In this document: one piece after another, positions 34,621-46,082 of the stretch
Layout: each line of letters begins with the position of its first letter
How positions within the stretch are numbered: position 1 is the first letter of the stretch
Origin: Ascoidea asiatica JCM 7603
Lineage: Eukaryota > Fungi > Ascomycota
Length of the DNA: 64,000 nt
Reading direction: 5' to 3'
Assembly: GCA_001600695.1 (NCBI GenBank)
Contig: BCKQ01000004.1
Span: 1,222,255-1,286,254, forward strand
Notes under the pieces: model-generated
Told to the model about the DNA's origin: nothing
Database searches by the model: none
Seen by the model: the letters and a program-made list of their open reading frames with translations, nothing else
Program-made: the position numbers and the translations under genes

Positions 34621-35709
34621 TTATTCAAAATTACCATTATTTATAACAAAAGTATCAATAACAGCCATTGCAGCATATAATCTATTTTCAGCTTCTTCAA
34701 ATACAATTGATCTTTTTTTATCATAAAATACATAATCATCAACTTCAAATTCATGTCTTGGTAAACAATGCATAAATTTCCAATTTGAATTTAAATTATT
34801 TTCATTATTTGTAACTAAAGATTTATTAATTTGAAAATTTTTAAATTGATTTAATTTTTTTAATTTTAAATTTTCTTCTCCCATACTTATAAAAGTATCA
34901 GTAACTAAAATATTTGAATTTTTAATTGCATTAATTGGATTATTTAAAATTTCAAAATTTAAATTTTTTTCATTTGCAATTTTCTTACTTTTTTTAATTA
35001 ATTCATTATCAAAATTTATACCAATTGGAATTGCAATAGAAATATTAATATTATAATATAAACAACCAAAAATTAAATCATTTATAACATTATTTGCATC
35101 ACCAATCCAAGTTAATTTAAGTTTTTCATTAGAATCATTAGAGTCATTGTTGGTGAAATAAGTTGGAAAATTTTCTTTAATTGTTAATAAATCAGTAATT
35201 GTTTGAAGTGGATGAAATTTATCACATAATGAATTTATAATTGGTACTTTTGAATTTTTACATAAATTTAAAATTTCTGAATTTTTATTAACTCTTGCAA
35301 AAATACATGAAGTCATTGAACTTATAACTTTTACAGAATCATATAAAGATTCATTAATACCTAATTGAATATCATCTTTACTTAAAAACATTGGATGAGC
35401 ACCAAAATATTTACAAGCACCTTCAGTTGAAATTCTTGTTCTTGTTGATCTTTTTGAAAAAATTAATGATATTGTTTTATTATATAACTTAAGGTGATTT
35501 TTTAAATTTTCTTCATTATGAATACCATTTTTATCTTTAAATAAATCTTTAAAATATTTTGCTTTATTAACTAAGAATTTAAATTCATTTTCTTTTAAAT
35601 TTGAAATTGAAATTAAATGTTTTGGTTTTAATAATGAATTATTATTTAATAAAGTTGAAGAGAATAATCTTTTTTGTAAAAAAAATGAATTTTTATATAT
35701 ATAAGACAT
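34621..35709 (-). CDS. ARG3: Ornithine carbamoyltransferase with mitochondrial-type presequence
   Basis: FSKRSTRTRISTE, HPLQ, WIGDANNV, FMHCLPR and FEEAENRL. Confidence 0.97.
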   Translation of the reverse strand: MSYIYKNSFFLQKRLFSSTLLNNNSLLKPKHLISISNLKENEFKFLVNKAKYFKDLFKDKNGIHNEENLKNHLKLYNKTISLIFSKRSTRTRISTEGACKYFGAHPMFLSKDDIQLGINESLYDSVKVISSMTSCIFARVNKNSEILNLCKNSKVPIINSLCDKFHPLQTITDLLTIKENFPTYFTNNDSNDSNEKLKLTWIGDANNVINDLIFGCLYYNINISIAIPIGINFDNELIKKSKKIANEKNLNFEILNNPINAIKNSNILVTDTFISMGEENLKLKKLNQFKNFQINKSLVTNNENNLNSNWKFMHCLPRHEFEVDDYVFYDKKRSIVFEEAENRLYAAMAVIDTFVINNGNFE

Positions 35710-36017
35710 TTTATAGTTTATTATATATCTATTTAAATACTTATTCTATTAATTATATTATATTATTATATTATTATATTATTATATTATTATATTATTA
35801 TATTATTTGATCATTTAAATATTTATATTCAATAATATCTAATATCTCTAATATCTTTTAAATGGATGAGAACCGTTGATTGGATGAGAATGGAATAAAT
35901 TGAGTAAATTGTGACTAAATAAAATTTCAATACGGATTACAGTAATAAAAGAAGAAAGAAAGAAGAAAGAAAGTGAAGATAATAAGATAATAAGTTAGAG
36001 AAGTGAATATTAATAGA

Positions 36018-36443
36018 ATGTTTAATATACAAGTTAAAAGATTAGGATTATATAATAATAATAGAATAATAAATAATTATTTATATAAATTTAATAGATT
36101 CAACTCAATTAAAACAAATCAAATTTATAATGGTATAAATTATAATGAAAAAATAGAAAAAATATATAATAGAATTAATAATAATAAACAAGTTAAATTA
36201 AAATATGATAAAGTTTTAAAAATTTTAAAAAAAAATAATATTAAAATCAGAGAATCTAATGAAAATAATAAATTAATTGAGAATATTGGAATATTAAATT
36301 CATTAAAATTTATGTTTTTAAAAGATATTAAAATGTCAATAATTGAATTGAAAGATGAAATGAATTTACAAAATATTAAATTAAGTAAAGATGATATCAA
36401 ATATTTTACATGTTTATTCACTGGTCATAATAATATTAAATGA
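36018..36443 (+). CDS. Small hypothetical protein, possibly mitochondrial
   Basis: ATG at 36018 (the track start is GTG). The basic, acid-free N-terminus resembles a presequence. Divergent from ARG3. Confidence 0.5.
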   Translation: MFNIQVKRLGLYNNNRIINNYLYKFNRFNSIKTNQIYNGINYNEKIEKIYNRINNNKQVKLKYDKVLKILKKNNIKIRESNENNKLIENIGILNSLKFMFLKDIKMSIIELKDEMNLQNIKLSKDDIKYFTCLFTGHNNIK

Positions 36444-37099
36444 TTTTATAATCAGATTTTTGTAAGTGTCTATATTATATAGTGTAAATAGATATAAGAG
36501 TTATGGGAAATATTCAACTTCAATTGAAATCAAATCACAGACAGCAGAAGAATGATCCTGTCTTCTTGTAAACCATCCTCAGATTATCCTCAGATTATCC
36601 TCAGATTATCTTCTGGTTATCTTCTGGTTATCTGAAGACCAGTTCTGTGGGTGTCCTTTGATTGTATTCGAGTAACAACAACAACAACAAGAAACAAGAA
36701 CTGCAACAGTGAAGAGAGAAAGAGAAAGAGAAAGAGAGAAAGACTGCAATCACTCTTACTCTTACTCTTACTATTGCTCTTATTACTGTTACTATTACTC
36801 TTATTATTATCACTATTACTAATACTATCACTATCACTATCACTATTACTATTGTTGTTATTGTTATTGTTATTACCATCACTTTTGTCTTTCTTTTCTG
36901 CTCGAGTAACACAGAACCAGATCAAGCTCTAGCCACGGATCAATATCCACTCCAAAATGGAATAAAGTGGCTCATGGTTTAAAGTAAATACTGTGTCATG
37001 TGCCTTTAGACGGTGGTCGGAACTGGCACTGTCCCAATAAGGTTAAACATAAATACTCTTTTTTCCAAAATTTTGGAATTATTTCAGATCATCAATGAA

Positions 37100-37138
<39 letters not shown>

Positions 37139-37509
37139 CATTACCATTATTACTTTAAATTTATGAATATCTAATTAGTCGACTTTGATTTAATGAACGT
37201 TATTCAACTCAATTCAATTCAATTTAATCGAAGATGGCTTGCAATATATTCATATATTCAGCCTTCATTGAAATCTCTCAATAATTATGAAATTAGTACT
37301 AATTATTAAAGTATTTTTAATTTAATTTAATTAAACGATTCTATATTTTATTAATTTAATTTTGATTAAATTATTTCTTTAAAGAAATTATGGTTATTTT
37401 TTTTTACTTTTTTTATGATTTCAAACTAATATAAATAATCATTAAAATGTTCTATTTTATTTATTCTTTTTCTCTTTATTTCATTCAAATTCAATATATC
37501 ATTCATCTC

Positions 37510-37596
37510 ATAAATAATTAATAATTAATAATTAATAATTAATAATTTATACAATACAATACAATACAATACAATACAATACAATACAATACAATA
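37510..37596. repeat. (TAATAAT)n and (ACAAT)n microsatellites forming the leader of PIR copy 2
   Basis: Visible tandem arrays immediately 5' of ATG 37603, absent at copy 1. Confidence 0.85.
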
Positions 37597-37597
37597 A

Positions 37598-38936
37598 TAA
37601 AAATGAAGTTATCTTGTTCAATCTTAACTTCAATTGCTTTATTAATAATATCTTCAAAAGCTGCTTATATTCCTTCTGATCCATGGACAACTTTAACTCC
37701 AAGTGATACTTTATCAAATGGTTTAACAAATTATGCATCTTCATTCGGTATTGAAATTGTTACAATTTCAAATAATACTTTAGTTAAAAGAGATGTATCT
37801 CAAATTACAGATGGTCAAATTCAAGCTGCAACTTCAACTTCAACAACTTCTATTTCTTTAACTACAATCACTTCTGCAGCTCCAGTAAGTCAAATTGGTG
37901 ATGGTCAAATACAAGCTACAACTGCAACACCTGCTCAAGTTGTTTCTCAAATTGGTGATGGACAAATTCAAGCAACAACTGCTACTCCTGTTTCCACTAC
38001 AGCTGAAGTTGTAAGTCAAATTGGTGATGGTCAGATACAAGCTACAACAGCTACTACTGTGGCAACTACTGCAGAAGTAGTCTCACAAATCGATGATGGA
38101 CAAATACAAGCTACTACTGCCACTTCTGTCGCTACAACTGCTGAAGTTGTTTCACAAATTGGAGATGGTCAAATTCAAGCTACTACTGCTACCACAGCTC
38201 AAGTTGTAAGTCAAATTGGAGATGGTCAAATACAAGCAACAACCGCAACCACTGCTCAAGTTGTTTCACAAATTGGTGATGGACAAATTCAAGCTACCAC
38301 TGCCACCACTGCCACCACAGCTCAAGTAGTATCTCAAATCGGCGACGGTCAAATACAAGCAACTACAGCTACAACTGAAACTACTGCTCAAGCAGTTTCT
38401 CAAATCAATGATGGTCAAATTCAAGCAACTACTTTAATTTCATCTTATATCACTCCAACAGCTTCTGCTGCTTCTCAAATAACTGATGGTCAAGTCCAAG
38501 CTACAACTGGAACAACCTCAACTACATCAACTAATACTGCCTCAACTTCAGATTCCGCAGAAACTATTGGATCATTTTCTCATGATGTTTCATGTAATAC
38601 TAATTCTACATTATCAATGACTTTAAGTAATGGAATTTTATCAGATTCAAAAGGTAGAATTGGTTCAATTGTTGCAAATAGACAATTTCAATTTGATGGT
38701 CCTCCACAAGCTGGTGCTATTTATGCTGCTGGTTGGTCTGTTAATCCAGAAACTGGTTATTTAACAATTGGTACAAATGATGAATTTTATCAATGTTTAA
38801 GTGGTAATTTTTATAATTTATATGATCAAGATATTGGATCTGTTTGTTATCCTGTTCATTTAAAAATTGTTGATTTAATTACCTGTTAATTAACTTAACT
38901 TACTTTATTCTTTATCTTATTCTTTTTTGTCTTATT
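37598..38936 (+). repeat. Direct repeat, copy 2 of the ~1.34 kb duplication
   Basis: Identity starts about 5 nt before the ATG and ends 47 nt after the stop. Confidence 0.95.
37603..38889 (+). CDS. PIR-family cell wall protein, copy 2
   Basis: Same protein as 17025-18311 except for one Thr-to-Ile change (TTLTSS versus TTLISS). Confidence 0.95.
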   Translation: MKLSCSILTSIALLIISSKAAYIPSDPWTTLTPSDTLSNGLTNYASSFGIEIVTISNNTLVKRDVSQITDGQIQAATSTSTTSISLTTITSAAPVSQIGDGQIQATTATPAQVVSQIGDGQIQATTATPVSTTAEVVSQIGDGQIQATTATTVATTAEVVSQIDDGQIQATTATSVATTAEVVSQIGDGQIQATTATTAQVVSQIGDGQIQATTATTAQVVSQIGDGQIQATTATTATTAQVVSQIGDGQIQATTATTETTAQAVSQINDGQIQATTLISSYITPTASAASQITDGQVQATTGTTSTTSTNTASTSDSAETIGSFSHDVSCNTNSTLSMTLSNGILSDSKGRIGSIVANRQFQFDGPPQAGAIYAAGWSVNPETGYLTIGTNDEFYQCLSGNFYNLYDQDIGSVCYPVHLKIVDLITC

Positions 38937-39764
38937 ATCTCATTCAATCTCATTCAATTTCGGTCCTTTTTATGGAAAAACAAAAACAATCACTGTCGGT
39001 TTCAATTTGGGTATTTTTCATCATTTTATCAATTACTTTTATCTAACTAATCTTTTATCTTTTTTTTTAATTTTTTTTTAATTTTTTTTTTTATTCACAG
39101 GTCTTACTTTCTTACTTATAATTTCATCTCATTTGGTTTTCTCGGGGTTTAAAATAAATTGGGAATATATTAATGGTTAAAAATTATATATTTCTTCATT
39201 ATAGGATTATTATTTGGTTTTCTCAATTTTATACAAAAAATTTCTTTTTTCTTTAGTGTTTTATATTAAAAACATTAACACATTTATACATTTTCTCGAT
39301 TGGTTTATCGAGTTCTTTACTTACATAAAATTAATATATAATAATTTAAATATAAAAAAATAAATAAATACTTTATCTAAAACTACTTTTAATATAAAAT
39401 ACTGTAATAAATATATTATTTAAAATTATAATTTATAAACTGACAAGATCCTTAACCTTGGTCTCCAAATTAACAAGACCAGATTTATGGATCATTTACC
39501 GGAACAGCTGTTACACGTGTAATCCGAGGGTTTCTTCCTAAAAGAATGTTGTGAAGTTGCCGATAAATCAATAAATCAATCATAAAGACAATAAAAACAA
39601 TGATAATGATTTATCAGATATTAATAAATTATTAAATCTATTCATCAATATCTAAAACAATCAAATCATCAGAAACTAGTAAACAACCAATTAAAGAAAC
39701 GAATCAGTAGAAGTAATCAAAGACTCTAGTGAATATCATAATATGGTCTTGTTAGTTCTGAATC

Positions 39765-42536
39765 ATGTTAAGTAATTTATCTCAAAAATCAAAAAAACCA
39801 AAATTTTTATTATCTTTAAATTTAATTGAATTAACAAATATACCACAATTACATGGTAAATGTTATATTAAATGGCAAATTAAAGATTCTGATAATACTA
39901 ATTCAAATGTTCCAATATCTTCAACTACTCCTATAGTTAAATCAACTTTTAATTCAAATTTAAATTCAAGTTTATCTTTATTAAATAATATTAATAATTC
40001 TTCAACTCTGACTTCTTTAAATCATTCAAATACAATTAATAGTAATAATAAAAATGATTCTTTAATTTCAAATAATAATCACTCAAATACTCATAATAAT
40101 CATAATCATCCTCATAATCATAATCATAATCATTCTCATAATAATCAACCAATGGAAGCTATAACTAATGCTTCAACTACTGATAATTTATTAAATAAAA
40201 CAATTAAAGGTATAACTAAAAAATATAAAATTGAAAATCATAAAGTTAAATTCAATCTTTTACAAAGAATTAATAATGTAAAATTTAATATCAATAAAAA
40301 AGTTAAAAATAAATTCATACAATTAAATGATAAAATTTTATTATTACATATATATTCTGAAATTGAAATACCTCATACAAAAACTTCAAGTTTAAATTCA
40401 AATGAAAATAATTCAAATAAACCTTATGAATTATATCATCCTACAACTGTTACCACTTTTCATAATAATAATAATCATAATGATTCTGGAGATGATAATA
40501 ATAATAATAATAACAATGATGAATCTGATACTAATATTCAAAGAAATTTCTTAGGTAAAGTTGAAATCAATTTAAATAATTATATTCAAAATAATTTTGA
40601 TCCGGAAAATATGTGTTTTTATAATACAACTAATAATTATAATTATAAATTAGATAAATATCTTTTAAAAGATTCTAAAATTAATTCAATTTTAAATTTA
40701 TCAATCAATTTACAATTATTAAAAGGTAATTATAATGATTTTATAAATTTACAATTTTTACAATCTAATTCTCAATCCCAATCTCAATCTCAATCTCAAA
40801 CTTCAAATAATTTAAATAATCCAATTTCAAAAAAATTTAATCTTTCTTATGATAATAAATCAATTTTAACTCATAGCAATTCTTCTTTTTTTAGTCAAGG
40901 TTCTTCAAATAATGATAATGCTTCAAAACATTCAAAATCAAAAAAAATTTCAAATAGTTCAACTTCAAATTCTAATCTTAATTCTAATAATTCAACTATT
41001 AATCCAACCAATAATAATAATAATAATAATAATAATTTAAATTCAAGTTCAAATCCAAAAGAAAAAATTAAAAGTAAATTTTCTGATTGGAAATCTTCTT
41101 TAACTACTCCTGCACCTTTTATTTCAACATCTCCAAAATCAATTGTTTTACCAGACAATGGTTCTTCTATGCAATCTTCTGATTCTGTTTCATTTTCAAT
41201 AAATGATCAACCATTAATTAATAGTGAGATTTTTGAATTAAGAAGAAATAAAACTATGGGTAGTAATTCATTAAATTTATCTCTTGGTAAATCAAATAAT
41301 AATAATAATAACAATAATGATACTAATAGTATTATCAATAATAATAATATAAGTGAAATTGATAGATCAAATTCATTTCCAATTTTAAATGCTTCAACAA
41401 ATACAGATTTAACTAATGATATAAATATAAATAATAATTTAAATAATTTAGATAATACTAATATCAATAATAATAGTAATAACAATAATAATAATAATAA
41501 TAATAATTACGGTAAAATTCCTAGTAATATTTTATTAACAAAACCTTCAATTCCACTGCTTTTAAATTTAAGATCTCCAACTGCAGAAACTGTGTCTATA
41601 AATAGTCATTCTAAATCACTTAATAATCAAAGTTTCACTCAATCTCAACAAAATAATAATTTGGGCTTTATTCAATCTCAATCAAATCAAATTCATCATT
41701 TTCAAAATTCAAATCAAAGTCAACATTTACAAGATATTCACGCTGATGAAGATATAAATGTTATAAAAAAATTATATTATAAAACTTTCAAAGCTCATTG
41801 GGATTCTAGACCTTATGAATTTAATCCATTAGAATCTGTAAATGATATATTTAGTGGTGGTAATGGTTGGAAAAAAACTGCAGATGGTACAAATTTAATT
41901 GATATAAATTATGGTTTAGATTCAAATTCAAAAATTGAACTTAAATCAGATTTAAATTCAAATTCAAGTTCAATGAAACCCTTCCCAAATTTTCCAAATA
42001 AATCAAGTTCAAATTCAAATTCAAATTTACTTTTGTCTGCAGATTCTACTAATAATAATAATACTTCAAATTCAAATATGAATCATTCTTCTAATGAATT
42101 AAATTCTAATTTGAATAAACATAATAACAATTTAACTATAAATAATAAAGACTCATTGAACAATTTTTCAGAGGATCCTAAAAATAAATTTGGTGATTCT
42201 TCTATAAATCATACATCACAAAATGTAAATAGTCAACAATTAAAATCACCTTTATTAACAAATAGAAACTCTTTTGATAACTTTGTAACATCACCTAAAT
42301 TAACCAGTAAAGGTTTTCTTGGAGGTAATTCAGATCTAAGAAAACATCAAAGAAATATGACAATTAATAGAGATGATATTTTTATCAATGAATATACGTT
42401 TAGTCCAAATAATATTAATAGAAAAAGATATTCAAGAAGATCTGGACTATATAATTATGATAATAAAAGATTTAGTATGCTTCCTTCTATGGAAACAGAT
42501 TTAAGAGAAGATTTAAGATCTTGGAATATCAAGTAA
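39765..42536 (+). CDS. NT-type C2 (EEIG1/EHBP1 N-terminal) domain protein, YBL086C-like, with poly-Asn insertions
   Basis: KPKFLLSLNLIELTNIP..KCYIKW, FLGKVEINL, YLLKDSKINSILNLSI, ESVNDIFSGGNGW and terminal EDLRSW. Confidence 0.75.
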   Translation: MLSNLSQKSKKPKFLLSLNLIELTNIPQLHGKCYIKWQIKDSDNTNSNVPISSTTPIVKSTFNSNLNSSLSLLNNINNSSTLTSLNHSNTINSNNKNDSLISNNNHSNTHNNHNHPHNHNHNHSHNNQPMEAITNASTTDNLLNKTIKGITKKYKIENHKVKFNLLQRINNVKFNINKKVKNKFIQLNDKILLLHIYSEIEIPHTKTSSLNSNENNSNKPYELYHPTTVTTFHNNNNHNDSGDDNNNNNNNDESDTNIQRNFLGKVEINLNNYIQNNFDPENMCFYNTTNNYNYKLDKYLLKDSKINSILNLSINLQLLKGNYNDFINLQFLQSNSQSQSQSQSQTSNNLNNPISKKFNLSYDNKSILTHSNSSFFSQGSSNNDNASKHSKSKKISNSSTSNSNLNSNNSTINPTNNNNNNNNNLNSSSNPKEKIKSKFSDWKSSLTTPAPFISTSPKSIVLPDNGSSMQSSDSVSFSINDQPLINSEIFELRRNKTMGSNSLNLSLGKSNNNNNNNNDTNSIINNNNISEIDRSNSFPILNASTNTDLTNDININNNLNNLDNTNINNNSNNNNNNNNNNYGKIPSNILLTKPSIPLLLNLRSPTAETVSINSHSKSLNNQSFTQSQQNNNLGFIQSQSNQIHHFQNSNQSQHLQDIHADEDINVIKKLYYKTFKAHWDSRPYEFNPLESVNDIFSGGNGWKKTADGTNLIDINYGLDSNSKIELKSDLNSNSSSMKPFPNFPNKSSSNSNSNLLLSADSTNNNNTSNSNMNHSSNELNSNLNKHNNNLTINNKDSLNNFSEDPKNKFGDSSINHTSQNVNSQQLKSPLLTNRNSFDNFVTSPKLTSKGFLGGNSDLRKHQRNMTINRDDIFINEYTFSPNNINRKRYSRRSGLYNYDNKRFSMLPSMETDLREDLRSWNIK

Positions 42537-44094
42537 TTATAACAAGTTTAATCTTATAAAGTATGGTAAATCATTCCATATTTTCAAATCATCTCTTCAC
42601 AAATTGTAATAAACTGCATGTTTTACAATTCACTCTTTGAAATAGACTTTAACAGTTGTTCATTATTCAATGTTTTTCAGACTTTTATTTTTTATAAACT
42701 TTTATAAACTTTTAATATTTAGATTTCTATTGCTTATTTGTAATATTGTTTTTCATTTTTTTCGTTTTTACCTCAGCTCACATTAAATATTCTGATAAAT
42801 ATATACTGGTTATAATTTTATCAAACTTCTTATGTGTAAGGTTTGGTCTTATTTTGATTTTATTCTTTTGATTTTTTAATTCTTTTTATTTAATCTCTTT
42901 TTTTATTTTAGCCGATTGTGTTTTACTATTAGACAATATTGTAAATCATAATAACATAAAAAGATTCAAAGAAACAATTCAAACCTGAAAGAATTAAATC
43001 CTCAGAGCTTAAAAGATTTTCAAAAACTCTTCTTAAGTTCATAAAAACACACTTTTATTTCAAATACAAAGCAAATTCTATTGGGGTTAATAATGTTAGA
43101 TCTGTGTTTCGGTGATGTAAATCTGTTATTTCCTGTTTACACTTTAGCCGACTTTATGCTAAAAATAACGATTTGAAAAACAGTGGTAACTTCCCATACA
43201 AATGAGTTTCTTTCTCTCTTCAAAATATGAATTCAACTCAAAGGATACACTGTCTTCTTAAGAGCAGTTGTGAAACTAATCTACAGTATTTTCTATTCAA
43301 TATTAAAAACCCTTTACACTTTTCAATCATGGTTTTCAGAAATTATGTAAATAAAAAGAGCTATAAGCTTTTTTTCAGTTTGTTTACTTGATTTTAAGCT
43401 TATTTTTTTATTTTTTTCACTTCAGCTTCGGTATAGTTTAATACTCAAACATAATCTCTCTAGTATTTGATTTTAATTTAAGTACGAAAGAATAGGAATT
43501 TTTTTTAGATTATTATCCTCTCTGAAAATATTCATTGTTTAGCTTTATTTATGATGGGTTTTTCAATAAAGACTCAGGGTGTCTACATATATTTAATGTT
43601 TTAAACTTCTACAACAGAAACAAAAGATATGCAACGAGCTTTAAGTACCTTTGGCTATTTCAAACTTTTCTCTTAAGACTATAATGCTTATTAAAAATAT
43701 GAGGAACTTTTCATATACACATTAAATCATATCAAATTTTAACTATAGGGTTTTCTTATTCAAAAATATGTATTCATGGAGAAACTTTTTAAATTATAAA
43801 GATTTTTCCTTTAAAGATTATTAAAAGAATATATGATTAAAATGAAACATAATAATCGAGCCTAGATGAAAATTTTAGATCATAAATAAGAAACTTGAAA
43901 AGAAATTAAATGAATGGGATTACTATAAATTAGATTGCAAAACCACAAGAAAATATAACCAAATTGATCAAAATGAATTAGATCATAGACCATAACAAAA
44001 GTTATAATAATTCTAAAGTGAATTCAATAATTAAGACTATTATAATAATACATTTTAATAAAAAAAATAATTAAACAAAAAAGTAGAGATTAAA

Positions 44095-45282
44095 ATGGAT
44101 AATCAACCAAATAATTCTAAAAATCTTTTTAATTCAAACGAATATAATCCAAATGATAATTCCAAAAGACCATTTTTACCATTAGATACATCAATTGAAA
44201 ATTTTGTTGATCCATGGGATCAAATGACTGAGGAACAAATCAAATGTTTAACTCAAGATCAACTAAATCAATCCAATCAACTTAATCAATTCAATCAGAT
44301 AAGTCAAATAAATCAGATCAATCAATTGAACCAGATTAATCAATTAAATCAAATAAATCAGATAAATCAGTTCAATCAAATGAATCAAAGTAATAATTTC
44401 AGTCAAATTCAACTTCAAAATAAACTTGAACTTAATAGAAATAATAATAATTTTTCAAGTATACCAAATAATGTATATTATCCAAGATCAAATAATTCAA
44501 TTCAGCAATTATTGAATTCAAATATAAATTTAAGTAGTAATAGTTCTAGTTTAATGAGTTCTTCAAGTAATCTTGCTAATCCATTATTTATACACTCCAA
44601 TAATACAAAACAAAAAGTTGATATGATGCAATATACTGGTTATCTTACTCAAGATAATATTAATTTGAATGATTCTAATAATCTAATGCAAATTTATAAT
44701 AATGATTTAAATTTTAATAATATTTCTGATTATTCTAATTGGTCATTGAATGCAAATAATTTAATTAACAATAATTTAGTTAGCAATAATCTAATTAACA
44801 ATAATTTAATTACTCTTCCTAGTCAAACAATGGAATCTGTAATAATGGATAGAAAATATATATATAGAAAATATCATCAAGAATTAAAAGACGCCAGATT
44901 AGAATATAATTTAAAAAAAGCAAAGCCTGGACATTATAAATGTTGCACGGAAAGATTCAAAGATGGTTTTGATAAATTGATTCATATTGAAATATGTCAT
45001 AAAGACAGAAGTAATCATTGTCCAGTTACTTATTGTGCTCATAGTTTATTAGGTTTTTCATCTAGACATGAATTAATAAGGCATGTTTCTGAACAACATG
45101 GATATAAATTGAATAAAAATACTTCCAAAGATCCTAGTGAAATGTTATTGGAAGATAGAAAAATAATAAATGAAAATAAAAAAGAAAATAAAAGTGTTTT
45201 GAAACCACATATATGTGACATTTGCTCAGTGGGATTCTCAAGAAGGGAAACCATGCTCAGACATAGGCGTAAACATGAGTGA
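44095..45282 (+). CDS. C2H2 zinc-finger transcription factor, Rme1-like
   Basis: Three C-terminal fingers, including CPVTYCAHSLLGFSSRHELIRHVSEQH (the Rme1-type CPxxxCxxxxLGF finger) and CDICSVGFSRRETMLRHRRKH. The N-terminus is Q/N-rich. Confidence 0.7.
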   Translation: MDNQPNNSKNLFNSNEYNPNDNSKRPFLPLDTSIENFVDPWDQMTEEQIKCLTQDQLNQSNQLNQFNQISQINQINQLNQINQLNQINQINQFNQMNQSNNFSQIQLQNKLELNRNNNNFSSIPNNVYYPRSNNSIQQLLNSNINLSSNSSSLMSSSSNLANPLFIHSNNTKQKVDMMQYTGYLTQDNINLNDSNNLMQIYNNDLNFNNISDYSNWSLNANNLINNNLVSNNLINNNLITLPSQTMESVIMDRKYIYRKYHQELKDARLEYNLKKAKPGHYKCCTERFKDGFDKLIHIEICHKDRSNHCPVTYCAHSLLGFSSRHELIRHVSEQHGYKLNKNTSKDPSEMLLEDRKIINENKKENKSVLKPHICDICSVGFSRRETMLRHRRKHE

Positions 45283-46082
45283 TAAGTTATATACTAGCTA
45301 AATGTAATAAATAATCTTTTCCAATAATAATAAAAAAGCTTTGCTTTGAAACTTATTGTAATAGAATAAAGTCAATTAATAAACTTTTTTCAAAATCATA
45401 ATTTAATCATTTTCAAGGGTTTAACGGTTAACGGCTATTACGCAACGTCTCAGTGACTTTTCTTCCTAATTTCCTTGGCGGGACTAAATAAGAACAAGGT
45501 CACGTTTTATTTAGGGTAACTAGCGGATATCTCCGCCTTTTTTTTAATGACCTATTATGATTAAGTGTCTGGGGAAAGTGGTGTCCTTTTGGGGTGAGAG
45601 CAGCACAATGCTGGGGTCAAGGCTGGTGATGGCTGGTTATGGGGCTGCTACCCGTGGCTGGGTTAAATAAAACTTTACCCCGCCGTTTGCACCCGCGATT
45701 TTAGGCATGATTGTGCATATTTTTAGTCCTGAACAAGATCTAACCGAGAAGAAACTGGGAACTGGGAATATTCTAACGAAATAATCCTCATTTTGCGTAT
45801 TTAAGGATGATTCTTAATCATTAATATTGTCTTCAATGTTTTTATTGTCTAAAAGCATACTTTCTCATCAATAATCATTAAACAAATAGAATACCAAATA
45901 TTATAGAATACATTCATTATATTATCATAAAAATATATTGGTATATCTATTACCTATAAGAAGAAACAATTAGGAATGAAATCAAAATCTAAAGCTTACA
46001 TGAACTAGATTATAAAACATTTAAATTTCAGTTTTATTCAAGTAACTTCACTCTCCTTAATTCAAAAAAGAAATAATTTCAA

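Noticed and set aside
36617-36932. Poly-Leu, poly-Asn and VI-repeat ORFs
   Set aside because: Microsatellite translations open in several frames, with no protein-like content.
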